64,000 nt of DNA from Eledone cirrhosa (lineage: Eukaryota), in contig OZ024743.1 of the NCBI GenBank assembly GCA_964016885.1, positions 293,136,001-293,200,000 of the forward strand. The letters run 5' to 3'. Shown piece by piece: positions 1-12,630 of this stretch (within the stretch, counting starts at the first letter, position 1; the number at the start of each line of letters is the position of its first letter). Made by a program: the position numbers and the translations under genes. Below the pieces are notes generated by a model. The model did no database searches and was not told the DNA's origin. It saw only the letters and a list, made by a program, of their open reading frames with translations.

Positions 1-1535
1 TGCCTGAGTGTGTAACCATTTTAACTATTTACTAACTAGGTATTCTGAGTGTGTAATCATTCTAACTATTTACTAACTAGGTATTCTAAAGTGCACTCAG
101 CTGTGAGAACTCTGTGGAAACAGGCCGAGTACCGTTTGTAAGTGCGCAAACAATCTTAGCTGTCTAACTACCTGAGTAGTTATAAGGCTTGGCTGAGCAA
201 ATTATGGACCAGGATAAGGAGTGCTCTATATTCTGTTGTTTAAGCTTCCAGACTAATTCAGAAAGCGTCGTGCTATTTTTTTTTTATCTAATCTATTAAA
301 GTTATGGCGGTGATTATACCATCTATCCTTAAATTCAGTGGCAGTTGCCACAACATACCTGAAGGTTCTATCAAGAGTGGAGACCTTACAGTCGTGGACT
401 ATGTTTTTGGTGAGGCATTTCCCAGCCATGGGGCAAGTGGCGGTGTTCCTGCAATTACATTTTCTGTTATCGACGTGGGTAGTTCCAGAGGAACCACGGT
501 AATTTTGGGGTCGGGTCTCAGTTCTTGTCTGCTCTATGGGTAAGTTCCCAGGGGTTGGGGTGACCCGACTCGCCTCAAGTGTATGAGTCCGTTCATCCAT
601 AGAGCTGCCATTAGTTCTGCCATGTCTAGTCCCCCCCCCCCCTTAGGCTGTCCTAAGTCTACTATAATTCATCTTAGCTATATTTTGAGCTATATTACTG
701 GTTGTGGAGTAGGACAGCTTGATGGTATTCCTATTGAATATTTTATAGTATCTGTGTGATCTAGGGAAGCGTTTATCTAAGGTCCGAAAGAAAAGCTTAG
801 CTATACTAGTGGTCAGGCCAGTGGAGTAAGGGGGGTTATACCACAGGATTTTTCTGGTCCGATGCCTCTTGTTTTTACTAACTATATTAGAGTTACCTGT
901 CTCCTTAGTAGCTACTGGTCTATTATAACTGAAAACTGCCTGTGGGTCGATGGTGTCCTGGGGTGCCCCGATTGTGTTCGGAATCGTCCCAAGTCTCCAG
1001 TGCAGCAATTGGGGTTATCCTCGATAGCCGGGGTTATATCCACTATGTGTCTGCTACATTTATCCCTATTCCTTCTACTCGACCCTCGTTCCATTTTACG
1101 TTCAACCGTTGTTTTATCAGTTCTACAATTAAGGTTACAATTAGAGTTTCCGCTGGCATTACGGTGCTCAGACCCCGTGTTAGTACCTGATTGGTTGTTT
1201 ACATTGATACCATCAACATTGGGACTAGGAGGCAATACATCATGAAGTCGATATAGATCCTCCCTCGTATCCCGCCTGCTGTTAACTAAAATGTCACTAT
1301 TTTGGCCTAAGTTATCGCAGGCAATGTTGCTACTACTATTTAATGGACGTTTGAATGAGATTCCCTCGCTATGCCCCGGATTTTCATTTTGATACTAATA
1401 CTCCGTTTTACATCATCTAACTGTTCCCTTGAATGGAATTGGAGATATACAAAAGCGTGGAGAACAAAATATTGCTAACAAAAATTTATTGGACCGTTTT
1501 ACACAATCTATAATACACCTTACTATATAACAACT
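1..1535 (-). mobile_element. Penelope-like element remnant encoding a GIY-YIG-type endonuclease region, no RT visible
   Basis: Minus-strand ORF pieces RKILWYNPPYS...KRFPRSHRYYKIFNRNTIKLSYS (643-1008) and CNCRNTATCPMAGKCLTKNIVH...YVVATATEFKDRWYNH (253-600); a further frame reads STTLSELVWKLK...W.II..AKPY. This is the typical PLE linker/Cys motif/GIY-YIG C-terminus. Abuts (TA)n at ~1535. Left boundary uncertain. Confidence 0.75.
180..1008 (-). pseudogene. Disrupted PLE linker + GIY-YIG endonuclease coding region
   Basis: Stop/frame break near poly-C 631-642 and frameshift at poly-T 277-286; GIY/YIG motifs degenerate (NIVH / YVVA). Confidence 0.7.
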
Positions 1536-1590
1536 ATATATATATATATATAATAATAAAATGTGGAGAGGAAGCACACGAGTTAGGATA

Positions 1591-1680
<90 letters not shown>

Positions 1681-1873
1681 ATAGGGAGAAAGAGACGATT
1701 ATTAGGAAGAAAAATATATTTTTTTTCCTTTTTAGTTTCTCTCTCTCTTTTATCTGGGTTAGAAAATGATTAAAACGAAATGTTTTACATTGTGTGAAGT
1801 GTTAAGGTATTAGATGATTTATTTATTATTTAACAATGGGATTTATTTATTTATTTATATATTTAATTATTGT

Positions 1874-1915
1874 CTATTACCGGTTTCAGCATTTTTATAC
1901 ATTATCAAATAATAG
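1874..1915 (-). ncRNA. Minimal hammerhead-like motif (U3-A8 core variant)
   Basis: Minus strand: TTAT TTGATAA TGTAT-AAAA-ATGCT GAAAC CG GTA ATAG; palindromic ACCGGT stem III; base of stem II mismatched. Confidence 0.45.
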
Positions 1916-2073
1916 TGAAATGTATTAGTGTGGTGTCGCACATGTTAAACAGAAGGTGCAGAAAGAATAATATATATATATATATATAAATATATATATA
2001 TACATATATACATATAAATATATATATATATGAATATTTTCGAAACAGCGAGCGAGCTTGAAATTATAAATAA

Positions 2074-2297
2074 AAGCTCTCGCCGTATTTTGACAAAAGA
2101 AATTAAAGAAATTATTTAGCCTGATAGTGGGGTTAAGAACCCTCGGAGAAATGGAAAAAGATGAGTATTGACGTACATGAGTATTAACTCCCATGTACGT
2201 AAATACTCATCTTTTTCCATTTCTCCGAGGGTTCTTAACACCACTATCAGGCTAAATAATTTCTTTAATTTCTTTAGTCAAAATACGGCGATAGCTT
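2074..2297. repeat. Near-perfect fold-back palindrome (~105-bp arms, ~12-nt spacer)
   Basis: AAGCTCTCGCCGTATTTTGAC...GACGTACATG is the reverse complement of CATGTACGTAAAT...GTCAAAATACGGCGATAGCTT with about 4 mismatches. Confidence 0.95.
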
Positions 2298-2693
2298 ATA
2301 TTTATATTGTCACGGCAGAATTCTAGGAGAAGGAAAACTCTGATATAACACCTGCAACCCTGATGGTATCCAATGATGTTGACTTGTTCTTCTTTTTGGT
2401 AAATATCATCTTGGTTAAGAGAGTGGGACTGGCTTTGTGCAGTGCCTTTGCTCACTATAAAAGCTTCACGGCACAGGCATTGCTTTATATCTGGAGATTT
2501 CTCTGCACTTGTCATCACATGGTACCATGGGCCCAGCACTATGTGTCAATAATTGTCACAAGTGTAGTGTTTGTACCAGAGTTTTCAAGTCGCTGGCTGA
2601 ACTAAAAAGTCACACTCGTTCAGCGCATCGGTAGGGGTTCTCCTACATGGATATAAAGTAGTGGCCGTACTCGAAAACGAGTTGGCAGCCACC

Positions 2694-2729
<36 letters not shown>

Positions 2730-2742
2730 GTACGTATACATA

Positions 2743-2790
<48 letters not shown>

Positions 2791-2799
2791 TATGTATAC

Positions 2800-2864
<65 letters not shown>

Positions 2865-2949
2865 TATATCTATATATTGATGTTTCCTCTCAAAAGAAAC
2901 ATCAATAACAAGTGGGGTGTTTCTTTTGAGAACAAGGGACAGTCCTGTG

Positions 2950-3470
2950 ACCACTGCTGTTTTTGGTGGCTCTCTCAGACATGCTCTCTGTAGTACATAC
3001 AACAACATCCCTCACTAGCTATGCTGATAACACTAAGGTAGCACAGGCAATCAAAAGCCCGGCTGACGCTGCCCTTTTACAACAAGATCTGGATGCCATA
3101 TACAAATGCGCGGAAGAAAACAACATGCAGTTTAATGCTGGAAAATTCCAAGCCCTACAGTACAAACCTGCAAACACAAACACAGTACAACACAGTTACG
3201 CAGGACCAGGAGGGACCGATATCCCCGTGTCAAAATCGATACGAGACCTAGGTATAGACATGAGCGATGATGCATCTTTTTCCCCACACATCATGAAAGT
3301 GGCGACAAGGTGCAGACCACTCACAGGTTGGATCTTGAGGACTTTCCAGACAAGAGACCGAGACACCATGTTGACACTATGGGGGACATTTATCCTAAGC
3401 CGCCTGGACTATTGCTGCCAGTTGTGGTCACCCCATAGTGTCAAACTAACCACGTAGCTTGAGGCAATCC
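2950..3470 (+). mobile_element. CR1/L2-group LINE reverse transcriptase C-terminal fragment
   Basis: YADNTK...LQQDLDAIY..AEENNMQFNAGKFQAL...IRDLGI..SDD.SF..HI...ILSRLDYCCQLWSP. Confidence 0.85.
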
Positions 3471-3597
3471 AGTGAAATTGGAAAAAAAGGGAAGGAAGGG
3501 GGAAAAAGGAAGGAAGAGGAAGAAAGGAAAAAAGAAGGAGAGGATAACGTAGGAAGAGTATAAGAAGATAAGAAGGAAGGAGGAGAGAGAAAGAGAA

Positions 3598-3600
<3 letters not shown>

Positions 3601-3665
<65 letters not shown>
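3601..3665. repeat. (GA)n microsatellite
   Basis: Direct reading. Confidence 0.98.
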
Positions 3666-3669
<4 letters not shown>

Positions 3670-3969
3670 TTTAAATTGAAAAACGCTGTCACCATTGAAA
3701 AATAACTGAATAACGGTTGTAAATTTATAAATAAATAAAAAAAGTAAAAATTGATGAGGTTTGTGATTAATGATGTTTATGATTACAGATATAGAAATTA
3801 AGTATACTATTTATTTAGGGTTTATTTACTGAAGGATTTATTAAGAGGTGCGAAAATGTTTTATTAAAATGTATTATTAAAATAAAATAAAGTAAAATAA
3901 GGTAAGGTGAATAAAAATAAAATTAAATGATTTATAAGCTTATAAGAAAGTATAGGGTCCTAGTTTGTT

Positions 3970-4630
3970 TAATCGGCGTTTCCCTAAGGCTCGGCCTCCG
4001 GATCTGCCAGCCACACCAATGTCGCTGCGGTTCCACCGTGGACTCTTTCGGCCTCCACCCGCTTTCCTGTCGCCACAGTGCCGGCCGCATTCCACACCAT
4101 GCTGCTCTCAACGAGGTCATTAAGCATTGCTTGGACGCTGCAGGCTTCCCTTCCCAGCTCGAGCCGGCGGGGTGGATCGAGGGGACGGCAAAAGGCCAGA
4201 TGGCATGACCATCTTCCCGTTCCGTGGTGGCAAACCCCTCGTCTGGGATGTCACTTGCACCGACACTTTCTGCAGCCGCAACCTGGTGCAGTCTGCGACT
4301 GACCCAGGTTCTGCTGCACGTCGGGCTGAGGGGTCAAACTCCTCAAATACCGGTTGCTCTCCGACAGGTTTGCGGTCGTACCCCTGGCAGTGGAGACTTC
4401 TGGTGTCCTCGGCCCCAGAGCTACCTCCTTACTCACCACCATATGCGCTGAGCTGGCCAGCCGCAGGTGTGAGCCCCGCGAGTTGGAGTGGCTTTTCCAG
4501 CGCGTCTCCTTGCCGTCCTCCGGGGAAACGCCTTCTCCATTCTGTCCGCCGGGGCTGTGGATGGGCCCCATCGGGTACCAATATATTAGTTAAATACCAT
4601 TCTTTCATCTGATACAACACAATAAAAAAC
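3970..4630 (+). mobile_element. CRE-clade non-LTR retrotransposon 3' fragment (Zn knuckle + restriction-like endonuclease), frameshifted
   Basis: LRLG...CRCG...HPLSC...RH-like HAALN; GDGKRPDG..IFPF.GGKPLVWDVTC; FAVVPLAVETSG.LG; LFQRVS...RGNA; AATAAA at 4621. Confidence 0.85.
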
Positions 4631-4680
4631 TACCTTTTAAATAGATTGTAATTGAAAAAGTATTTCTGTGAAAAAGTAAT

Positions 4681-4732
<52 letters not shown>

Positions 4733-4779
4733 TAGTGAAAAAGAACAAAGGAACTATTATGACATTATAACAAGTTTAT

Positions 4780-4826
4780 TGCCGACAGCCGTTTCGTCCG
4801 ACCACATGGTGGGACTTTTCAAGGCA
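4780..4826 (-). ncRNA. Type I minimal hammerhead ribozyme (PLE type)
   Basis: TGCC TTGAAAA GTCC-caccatgtggtc-GGAC GAAAC GGCT GTC^GGCA: 4-bp stem I, 4-bp stem II, U3-A8 compensatory core, GUC triplet. Confidence 0.75.
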
Positions 4827-5691
4827 TATAACATGTGATTGTAAGATCATTATTTACATCAACGTATCACTCAAGGCTAGCAGTTTGAAATTGTGGTATA
4901 CATCAGCAACTCCGCTTGTATAGTTGGGGTCTATATTCTAAGGGGGCTCTTTTATATTAGTTGTCGGGGTCAGGGATTGAAGTTTAAAAATTACATAATA
5001 TATAATTTACGCATTAACAGTAAACTAAAAGACTTGGGTCCCGTAGAAGCACCTTAGAAAATCCCTCAATAAGTGCATAAAGCTTACAGGCTCCAAAAAA
5101 CCTACTAGACTAGAAGAAATTAAGGGGCTAATAAAATAAAAAATAAAAATATAAAGTTTCCCTAAAAAATATATAAAGTTTCCTATGAAATTCCTTCTAG
5201 AGAAAAAAAATTTTTTCCGAAAGAAAAAAACCTTCTTCCCCCGAGATCACGTTTACAAATTTCAGAAAACTTACGAAGTTTTGATATTCCCTACTAAGTT
5301 GAAAGAAACTAATCAATTAAAGGTTAATTCAAAGAGCCTTCTATAATTCTCTCAGAAAAGGCCCCTTTAATATTTTTAATAGGAACTTCTTCCGAGAGAC
5401 TCTTCGAAGAATTAAAATTTTAGAGAGCCTTTAAGGATATATATAAAAACGAATTGAGGAAAATTATACATTAAAAGTTAAAAATTACGGTATTTGGGAT
5501 ATCCGAGGAATTTTCAAAGGGCTGCTTCAACAGATACAACTTAGGCATAATAGATACAATAATTTAAGTAATTTAAGTAATTTAATTAGGGAGCAATTCA
5601 AGGAGTTTATCAAGTTGGGAAAGATTAAAGAAAGTGGTAAATAAGAAAATACATAAGCAAAAAGACAATAATTATAAAATGTATTTTTAAG

Positions 5692-5912
5692 AAGGTATAA
5701 GGTAGCTTCAGTAATCTAACAGTGTATTATCACAAAAAATTATTATAAAATTATTGATACAGGATTAACAAAGACATAATAATATATATTCCTGCCTAAT
5801 TAAGGTATAAGGTAGCTTCAGTAATCTAACAATGTATTATCACAAAAAATTATTATAAAATTATTGATACAGGATTAACAAAGACATAATAATATATATT
5901 CCTGCCTAATTA
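5692..5912. repeat. 110-bp tandem duplication, followed by degenerate partial copies to ~6120
   Basis: AAGGTATAAGGTAGCTTCAG...TTCCTGCCTAATT twice; TATTCCTGCCTAATTAACAA and CTCAGGGATATCCCGCGC recur. Confidence 0.9.
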
Positions 5913-7534
5913 ACAAGTAATCAAAACACTATTAACAGTCAGGCAAAATTAGCTCAGGGATATCCCGCGCTCGGATACTTTACACACACACAGCAACACA
6001 TAGGATTAGCACAGACACAATGGTATATTCCTGCCTAATTAACAAACAATCGATTAACAATTGATGGTCAAGAAAATGTACTCAGGGATATCCCGCGCAC
6101 GGATATTTACATACATACAACAGGATGAACAGTACTGGTGACCGTGTGGGCGCGATATCCATTATGCGTATGTAGTAATCTGCATAGCTCCAGGCACAGC
6201 TGGTCTTGTTTAAAAGTTCATGGATCAACTGGGATTCACTATCAGCTGCGTGGACTCTCTGGGAGATGTCCCTGTGGATCTAATAGCTAGTGGTTGCTGG
6301 ATGTGGTCCATTCGATCATTTAGTTTCAGGGGTTGTACGCTTTTGCGATAGACCAGCTTGCCGGTTCTAAGTCCAAGGTCTCGCTACGTAGGATGTATTG
6401 GTCTACATGCTATATTGTTAAAAAAACCAGTGTGGATTTGACTGGGGTGGTATATTACGAACTCCAAGCCCACACGCGACTGGTCAAAAGCGAAGGGCTG
6501 TCCCCTCTTTGTTTGCTGTATGGGTCGGTCCCAGCTTAGATGATGGTCGTGTTATCCATATTCCGTCAGCCCTGTATATTCAAGACAGATCAGGGTATAT
6601 ATTTGCGGGTATGGTCCGGCGTCTACGTTATCCAGAGGGTCTCGCTTGTGGTATTTTCAAGTTCGCATGTCATCTCCCGGTTAAGACTGCGCATGCTTCG
6701 GTGAATCTCATGCATGGAATCTTAGGGTATCGTATTACACGGGGTGACTAGCAGAAAATATACATTCTATGCTATCGCGCACGCGCTGGCCTGTGGCTAC
6801 GACCGTGTCCAGTCTCGGGTAGTAGCAGACAGCAGGTAGACCAGCTATACACACCCCTGTTCAAGGGGCACAACTCCTAACTTATCGAGTGGTCAGACTT
6901 CAAGGGAGCAACTCTCCAAGCCCATTAAGTCGACTGTAGTGAAATACAAAAAATTCCTATTAGTAAAGAACTAATCACTGATAATAGAGAACCAACTCAA
7001 AAGAATGGGGAGGGGCATCTATTTGGGCGGGGGTTTACTAAGGAAGGGGCTGGGGGTGAGTGGCTATAGGCAGGGAGCGGCCGCCATATTGGGTGTTTTG
7101 TTACTGTTTCCCTGGGCATGTTCTCGAGTTTGCTGACATACATCTCCGACGGCACCTTCCCAGATTAGTCAACGTGGTTCCAGGCACTCACAATGTCCTA
7201 CATCACAGGCATCAGCTGCCCCCAGGGTGCCCAGCAACAATGTTGCCACCAATCCCAGGTTGGCAAGTGGGACACAGGGTCGTCTGTTCCTCACCAGAGT
7301 CCCCATCGCCAATCGGGGAGCCGAGGCATCCATGCGGCCGGGGTTACTAAAGAGCACCCTGTTCGCCAGCGGGGCCGCCAAGTGCAGGACTGGGTGGTGT
7401 CAGGGCTATGTGTCTGGTCTGAAGAAAAATATTTCTGCTCTGCGTATACGCATAGAGCTTAACTAGCTACGGTCACATATTTGGTAGGTCAGACGTGATC
7501 ATCGCGATTCACATACGACCTACCATACATCTTA

Positions 7535-7602
<68 letters not shown>

Positions 7603-7611
<9 letters not shown>

Positions 7612-7994
7612 CGTAAAATAAGAAAATTATAGTAATTAACTCACTTACTTAAATTTCACTCAAACTAATTAGTTTCTGAAAGGGAATATACATAGTCACC
7701 AAATGGAGACCATGGAGAATCCTTTCTTCAGCAGGGAGTCATTCTCGACTAAGATTCCTGGCGATTCGCGGATACAGGGACCAAATACAAAAATAATTCA
7801 GTGGATGGAAAAAAGCTAGCGTGGATTAAATCCCAAGCCATTGAAAACTTCACTGCCTTCTTGGTCAGTTGCAAATTCAAAAGAATCAATCACGTGACAT
7901 CAAGGTTAATCGGTGAGGAGTGGGGAGTTAAAAATACAGTAGCCAAGTAAGTGAGTTAATTACCATAATTTTCTTATTTTACGTCTTTTATATA
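7603..7994. mobile_element. Fold-back pLTR-like element with ~48-bp terminal inverted repeats and a degenerate HHR on the minus strand
   Basis: TATAAAATACGTAAAATAAG...CTCACTTACTT versus AAGTAAGTGAG...TTTTACGTCTTTTATA; minus strand CTGAAGA AAGG...CCTTTCA GAAAC TAATTA GTT (7662-7731). Confidence 0.7.
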
Positions 7995-8225
7995 ATTGTT
8001 CTGCATCTCTTTGTATTGAACCACAAAGTTACTAAGACAAAACCTATATCTTTGCTAGCGTAAGTATACATCTGTATAAATATGTTGGTAGATATACTAA
8101 TTCTTTATAATTATCTACAAATTATTTTGTTGGGCAAAAATTTGCCTAAATTACTACTATGGTTCACATACATATACATACGCACAACGCATACATATAC
8201 ATACGCACAACACAAATACATACAG

Positions 8226-8257
<32 letters not shown>

Positions 8258-8289
8258 ACACACGCACGCACGCACGTGCGTGTGTGTGT

Positions 8290-8712
8290 AAGCCTTATGC
8301 ATTTCTACAGTATTTTCACCAAACTTAAGACATAGGTTACTTATGTACTCCGGATGGTCATGGGCACTTTCATTTTTTCAGATATTGATTATAGGGCCTC
8401 CCGGCAGATAACCCCCTTCAACCGCTTCCTTGGAGTCGACTGAAGCACTGCAGTGCAATGCAACAAAACGTCATAACTTCTGGAGTTCCCAACCTATTTT
8501 CACAAAACTTGACACATGGGCTACGTTTGTTCTACAGATGAATGTGAATTGGCACATATTGAGTAGATGACCCCTGGGGGGCAGGAACCCCCTTTGGGAA
8601 AAATCCGATGATTTTGTAAAAGTATAGTTTTCGAAGCAGCACTGAAGTATTGACATAAATGGTATACATAACTGCTATTTAATACCCGAGCAACGCCGGG
8701 TACCTCTGCTAG
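8290..8712 (+). mobile_element. Non-autonomous Helitron, 3' end
   Basis: Subterminal hairpin TACCCG-AGCAACGC-CGGGTA then CTAG (8709-8712) followed by T; 5' end not located. Confidence 0.75.
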
Positions 8713-8761
8713 TATAATATAAAACGAAAAACCATTGATGCATCTGAACTTAATTTATTGT

Positions 8762-8799
8762 GTGTTACAATTGTTTCGCTGGCGGACAGCTCGAGACAC
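8762..8799 (-). ncRNA. Hammerhead relic with a deleted core
   Basis: GTGT CTCGA GCTG-tccgc-CAGC GAAAC AATT GTA^ACAC then AATAAA; all stems intact but CUGANGA shortened. Confidence 0.55.
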
Positions 8800-8872
8800 G
8801 ATCATTGTGTGGATCTGTCTGATTCTGGATCGCACAGGTTCGACGGCAATTTAATTTCATTGAAAACAGGAA

Positions 8873-9172
8873 ATGTATATACAAGAATTCACTTATGCAT
8901 ATACTGCAATGTTTATAAGCAGTTGTTAAAATATAATTATATCGAAATAATATAATTACTATTGATCGGTGACATAGTACGCTGGTTAGAGTTATTTCTA
9001 ATTTAAATTATTTTATATTGAGAACTCTTATTATATATACCAAAGAATATATGCATTATAGACGAAATATGTCTCCTATCCATTGTAATTACGTTATTAT
9101 TTTAGTATAATTATATTTTATCAACTGGTTATTAAGAACTGAAGTATACATAAGTCAATTTCCATATATACA
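8873..9172. repeat. Old, degenerate inverted repeat (~110-bp arms)
   Basis: CAGTTGTTAAAATATAATTATA versus TATAATTATATTTTATCAACTG, with flanking similarity. Confidence 0.7.
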
Positions 9173-9289
9173 TGGCTTGTGGGAAATTAATTTAAATTTT
9201 GAACGATTAAAATATTTGGGGAATTCATTCTTTCATTTAATGAGGTTAAACTGTGCAATATAGAGTACTAGCGTGTCTACGGGGCCAAT

Positions 9290-9500
9290 AATAATTCCTA
9301 CTTCAGCCACAAAGCCAGCAATTTTGAAAAGATGAGAGTCAAGGAAATCAACCCTAGTACTTCACAGGTACTCGAGATTATCGACCCCGAAAGGATAAAA
9401 GGCAAAGTTGGTCTCGGTGGGATTTGAACTCAGAACTCAAAGAGCTAAAAAAATACAACTACGCATTTGTCTGATGCTCTACCGATTGTGCCAATCCACC
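9290..9500 (-). mobile_element. tRNA-derived SINE (Meta-domain-like family)
   Basis: Reverse complement has box A-like TGGCACAATCGG, box B GAGTTCAAATCC and central GCCTTTTATCCTTTCGGGGTCGATAA. Confidence 0.8.
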
Positions 9501-9949
9501 AGTCTCCTACGATGTCAATAATGCTTTATGATTTAGGGACAAAGCCAACAATTGGTGGTGGGGAGAAAGTTATGTATTGTACTTAAGAATTCAAATCACA
9601 AAATCAAATATTTCTGTTTGAGTTCATATCGATCTCACGCCACAAATTTATTTTTAACGTTTTAATATAAGAAATTCATTATACAACACCTTCCTTGAAT
9701 CAAGGCTACAGAGTCGAAAAAGAAACTTTTTCATTCGAAAGTCGATACCAATTCAAATTTTATCGGAACACTCCCAGGCTCTTTTAATCATGCCTCTACA
9801 TTACATGTCAGACGTCGCATAGAGAGGTATTTCATACCCCCGTCTCTGCTTATCCCATCGGGAGATTGTCGTTTTGTTAGAAATACAAAAGTTATTATAT
9901 TAAATCAAATAAACTGCAAGATTAAATGTGCCGGCTCAAGTTTCAGCAA

Positions 9950-10665
9950 TGACTTAAGGATCAGAGATGTGGAACCGAAGCTTAGAACAACACAAAGAAA
10001 CATGGAACAATGCATGTTAGTAATCACTAAAGATGACAGAAAAACTTATCAATGGATAATGATAATGAAAAGGATCTCCATCGGTTGCGATGAGTGTTCC
10101 AGTTGTTCGATCGACGGAACAACCTGCTCGTAAAATTAACGTGTAAGTGGCTGAACACTCCCCAGACACATTTGACTTTCACGTAATTTTCAATGAGATA
10201 CATTGTGTAGGTAGAGTCTATTCAACGGACTTCCAACCTGTTTTCATCTATACAGCTTCACTCGCAAGCTATAGGTCGACTCGCGATTTTAGTAAATGAC
10301 ATTTGGCTAAGACACCACACAATGGGTTTGAACACGGGACTTAATGCTTATGAAGTGAACCCCTTAGCCATTCGATCATACTGTGCCTCCACTGTCAATA
10401 CAAGACAACAAAAAATATATTTAGAAAAGAAAAATGGAAATGAGCAAGGTACGTGGCACGAACAATTAATTGAAAACAAATGGATAAAGCTATAATGTAA
10501 ACCAAAAGAGACAGGTTCGTATAGTCGAGAAAGAAAGAAGACGAAATGAAGAGACGAGATCGATAAGTTTGGGGATGTGACATGGACGAGAATTTCACAG
10601 GATAGCGTACATGTGGCACGGGTTTTCAGAGGTCAACGCCTTGCAGGGGGCAAATGATGGCTGAG
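9950..10665 (+). mobile_element. Highly decayed RTE-clade LINE 3' end, interrupted by older SINE fragments (~10070-10390)
   Basis: MEQCML.IT..DRK...WI; K.KWK.A.YVAR; DEI.KFG..W.RI.QD motifs; short tandem-repeat tail. Confidence 0.55.
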
Positions 10666-11025
10666 GACAAGGAGGAGGAGGAGGAGGAGGAGGAGGCGTA
10701 TGATGATGATGATGATGCTGATGATGATCATGATTATCGTAAAAGAAAGTGAAACGCGCAGATATAGTCAGTATAAATTCTAGAAACCCCAGTGAGAAAA
10801 TACTTTTAATTGTTGACGCCGCCCTGGTTTCATTTCTATTATACTACGTTCATTGCACGTAATCCATCTGATAGGCGGAGTTTACCAACTGTATCATTCT
10901 ACAAGTATTTGTCGGATTTTGAGATCGTTTTGATACCAAGTCAATGATATAAAGATGGTATTGTTTCGGGAAATTTAGATCAGGTTGCAGTCTCATATAA
11001 TAGTGGTCATCAAAGCCTTCCTGCG

Positions 11026-11070
11026 TACTACTACTACTACTACTACTACTACTAGTAGTAGTAGTAGTAA

Positions 11071-11137
<67 letters not shown>

Positions 11138-11262
11138 GGTGTTATTACGAATACTTCTACCACTATCACCGCTGCCGCTGCTGATAACGATATCCGATAG
11201 TCCTCTTATAAAAACCACCACTACCACCACCACCACCACCACCACTACTACTACTACTACTA
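11026..11262. repeat. (TAC)n/(TAG)n/(GGT)n/(CAC)n trinucleotide compound
   Basis: Direct reading; (TAC)n abuts (TAG)n, forming a self-complementary tract. Confidence 0.95.
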
Positions 11263-11264
11263 CT

Positions 11265-11745
11265 GATAATTCTTTCTAATATTGGCACAAGGCCAGCAAT
11301 TTCAGGGACGAGGAAAGTCGATTATATCGTCCCGGTACTTAACTAGTACTTTATTTTATCGACCCCGGAAGGCTGAAAGGTAAAGTTGACCTCGGTGGGA
11401 TTTGAACGATTTCCACCACCTTTACTAATAATTGTTTCTACTTTAGGCACAAGGCCAGCAATTACCCAGTGCATTACTGGTACTTTATTTTATCAACCCC
11501 GTAAGGATGAAAGGCAAAGTTAACCTCGGCGGGATTTGAACTCAGAACGTAAAGGGCCATAACTCTGTGCCACAAAGCATGGTGTCTGACGCTCTACCGA
11601 TTCTGCCAATCCAATGATTATAATAATTTTCTTTTTTTTTTTGTTGGCACAATGTCAACAATTTAGAGGAAAAGTTAATTATATCGACCTCAGTACTTTA
11701 CTGGTACTTTATTTTTATTGACCTCGGCAGGATTTGAACTCAGCA
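11265..11745 (-). mobile_element. Cluster of three SINE copies/fragments
   Basis: Repeated GGCACAAGGCCAGCAAT...GTACTTTATTTTATCGACCCC...GATTTGAAC. Confidence 0.85.
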
Positions 11746-11839
11746 GGTAAAGTACCAATCCACTTCCTTCTATCGAGTGATCTTCCCTTTCCTTTAAATT
11801 GCTACCTTATATCTAAATTAAAAAACTCTTATATAGAGC

Positions 11840-12630
11840 AGTGGTTTGGCAGAATCATTAGAGCGTCGGATATTTGTTCCAGCTCTGAACCATCGGATTT
11901 CAAATCCCGCGGAAGTCAACCTTGCCTTTCATCATTCCGATATCGATATAAAAATAGTACCACTTATGTACTTGAGATTGATTTACTTGATTAAGCTGTT
12001 TTTTGCCTATGCTAGAAACAATTATTAATGTCACCATTATTACGAATGCTAAGAAGGCGGTGGATTGGCAGTATCGGTAGAGGGTCGGACGCCATGCTTT
12101 GTAGCATAGAGTTACGGCCCTTTTCGATCTGAGTTCAAATCCCGCCGAGATTAACTTTGCCTTGCATCCTTATGGGGTCGATAAAATAAATTACCAGTCA
12201 CGCACTGGGGTCGATTTAATCGACTTTCCCCTCCCCCAAATTACTGGCTTTGTGCCTATATAAGAAATCATTATTATGAATGCTAAGGTCGGATGAAATG
12301 TCATTTCACTCTTTGGTAAGGCTCTTTACGTTCTGAGTTCAAATCCTGCCGAGGTTAGCTTTGCCTTTCATCCTTACGGGATCGATAAAATAAAGCACCA
12401 GGGATAGATTTAATCGACTTACCCCTCCCCTTCAAATTGCTGGTCTTCTGCCTAAAGTAAATATCATTATTAGTAGTAGTAGTAAGGGAGGTGGAGACAG
12501 TTCAAATCCCGCCGAGGTCAAATTTGCCTTTCATCTTTCAGGGGTCAGTAAACTAAAGTACCAGTAATCGATATACTCCACGCTCCCTGCCCAAAAGTTA
12601 TCGGCCTTGTGCCTGCTTATAAAATCATAA
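11840..12630 (+). mobile_element. Cluster of four SINE copies/fragments
   Basis: GGCGGTGGATTGGCAGTATCGGTAGAG...GAGTTCAAATCCCGCCGAG...tail CTTTGTGCCTATATAAGAAATCATTATT. Confidence 0.88.

Larger units (their letters stand above)
4730..7536 (-). mobile_element. Non-autonomous PLE-like element (~2.8 kb) between two (TA)n tracts
   Basis: HHR followed by AATAAA at the left (3') end; GTAAGA...TTTTCTTCAG intron-like segment at the right (5') end; no recognisable protein inside. Confidence 0.5.

Noticed and set aside
91-148. Possible hammerhead (GCACT...GAAAC AGGC...GTTT GTA AGTGC)
   Set aside because: Stems I and III fit, but no CUGANGA core or stem II; at most a relic
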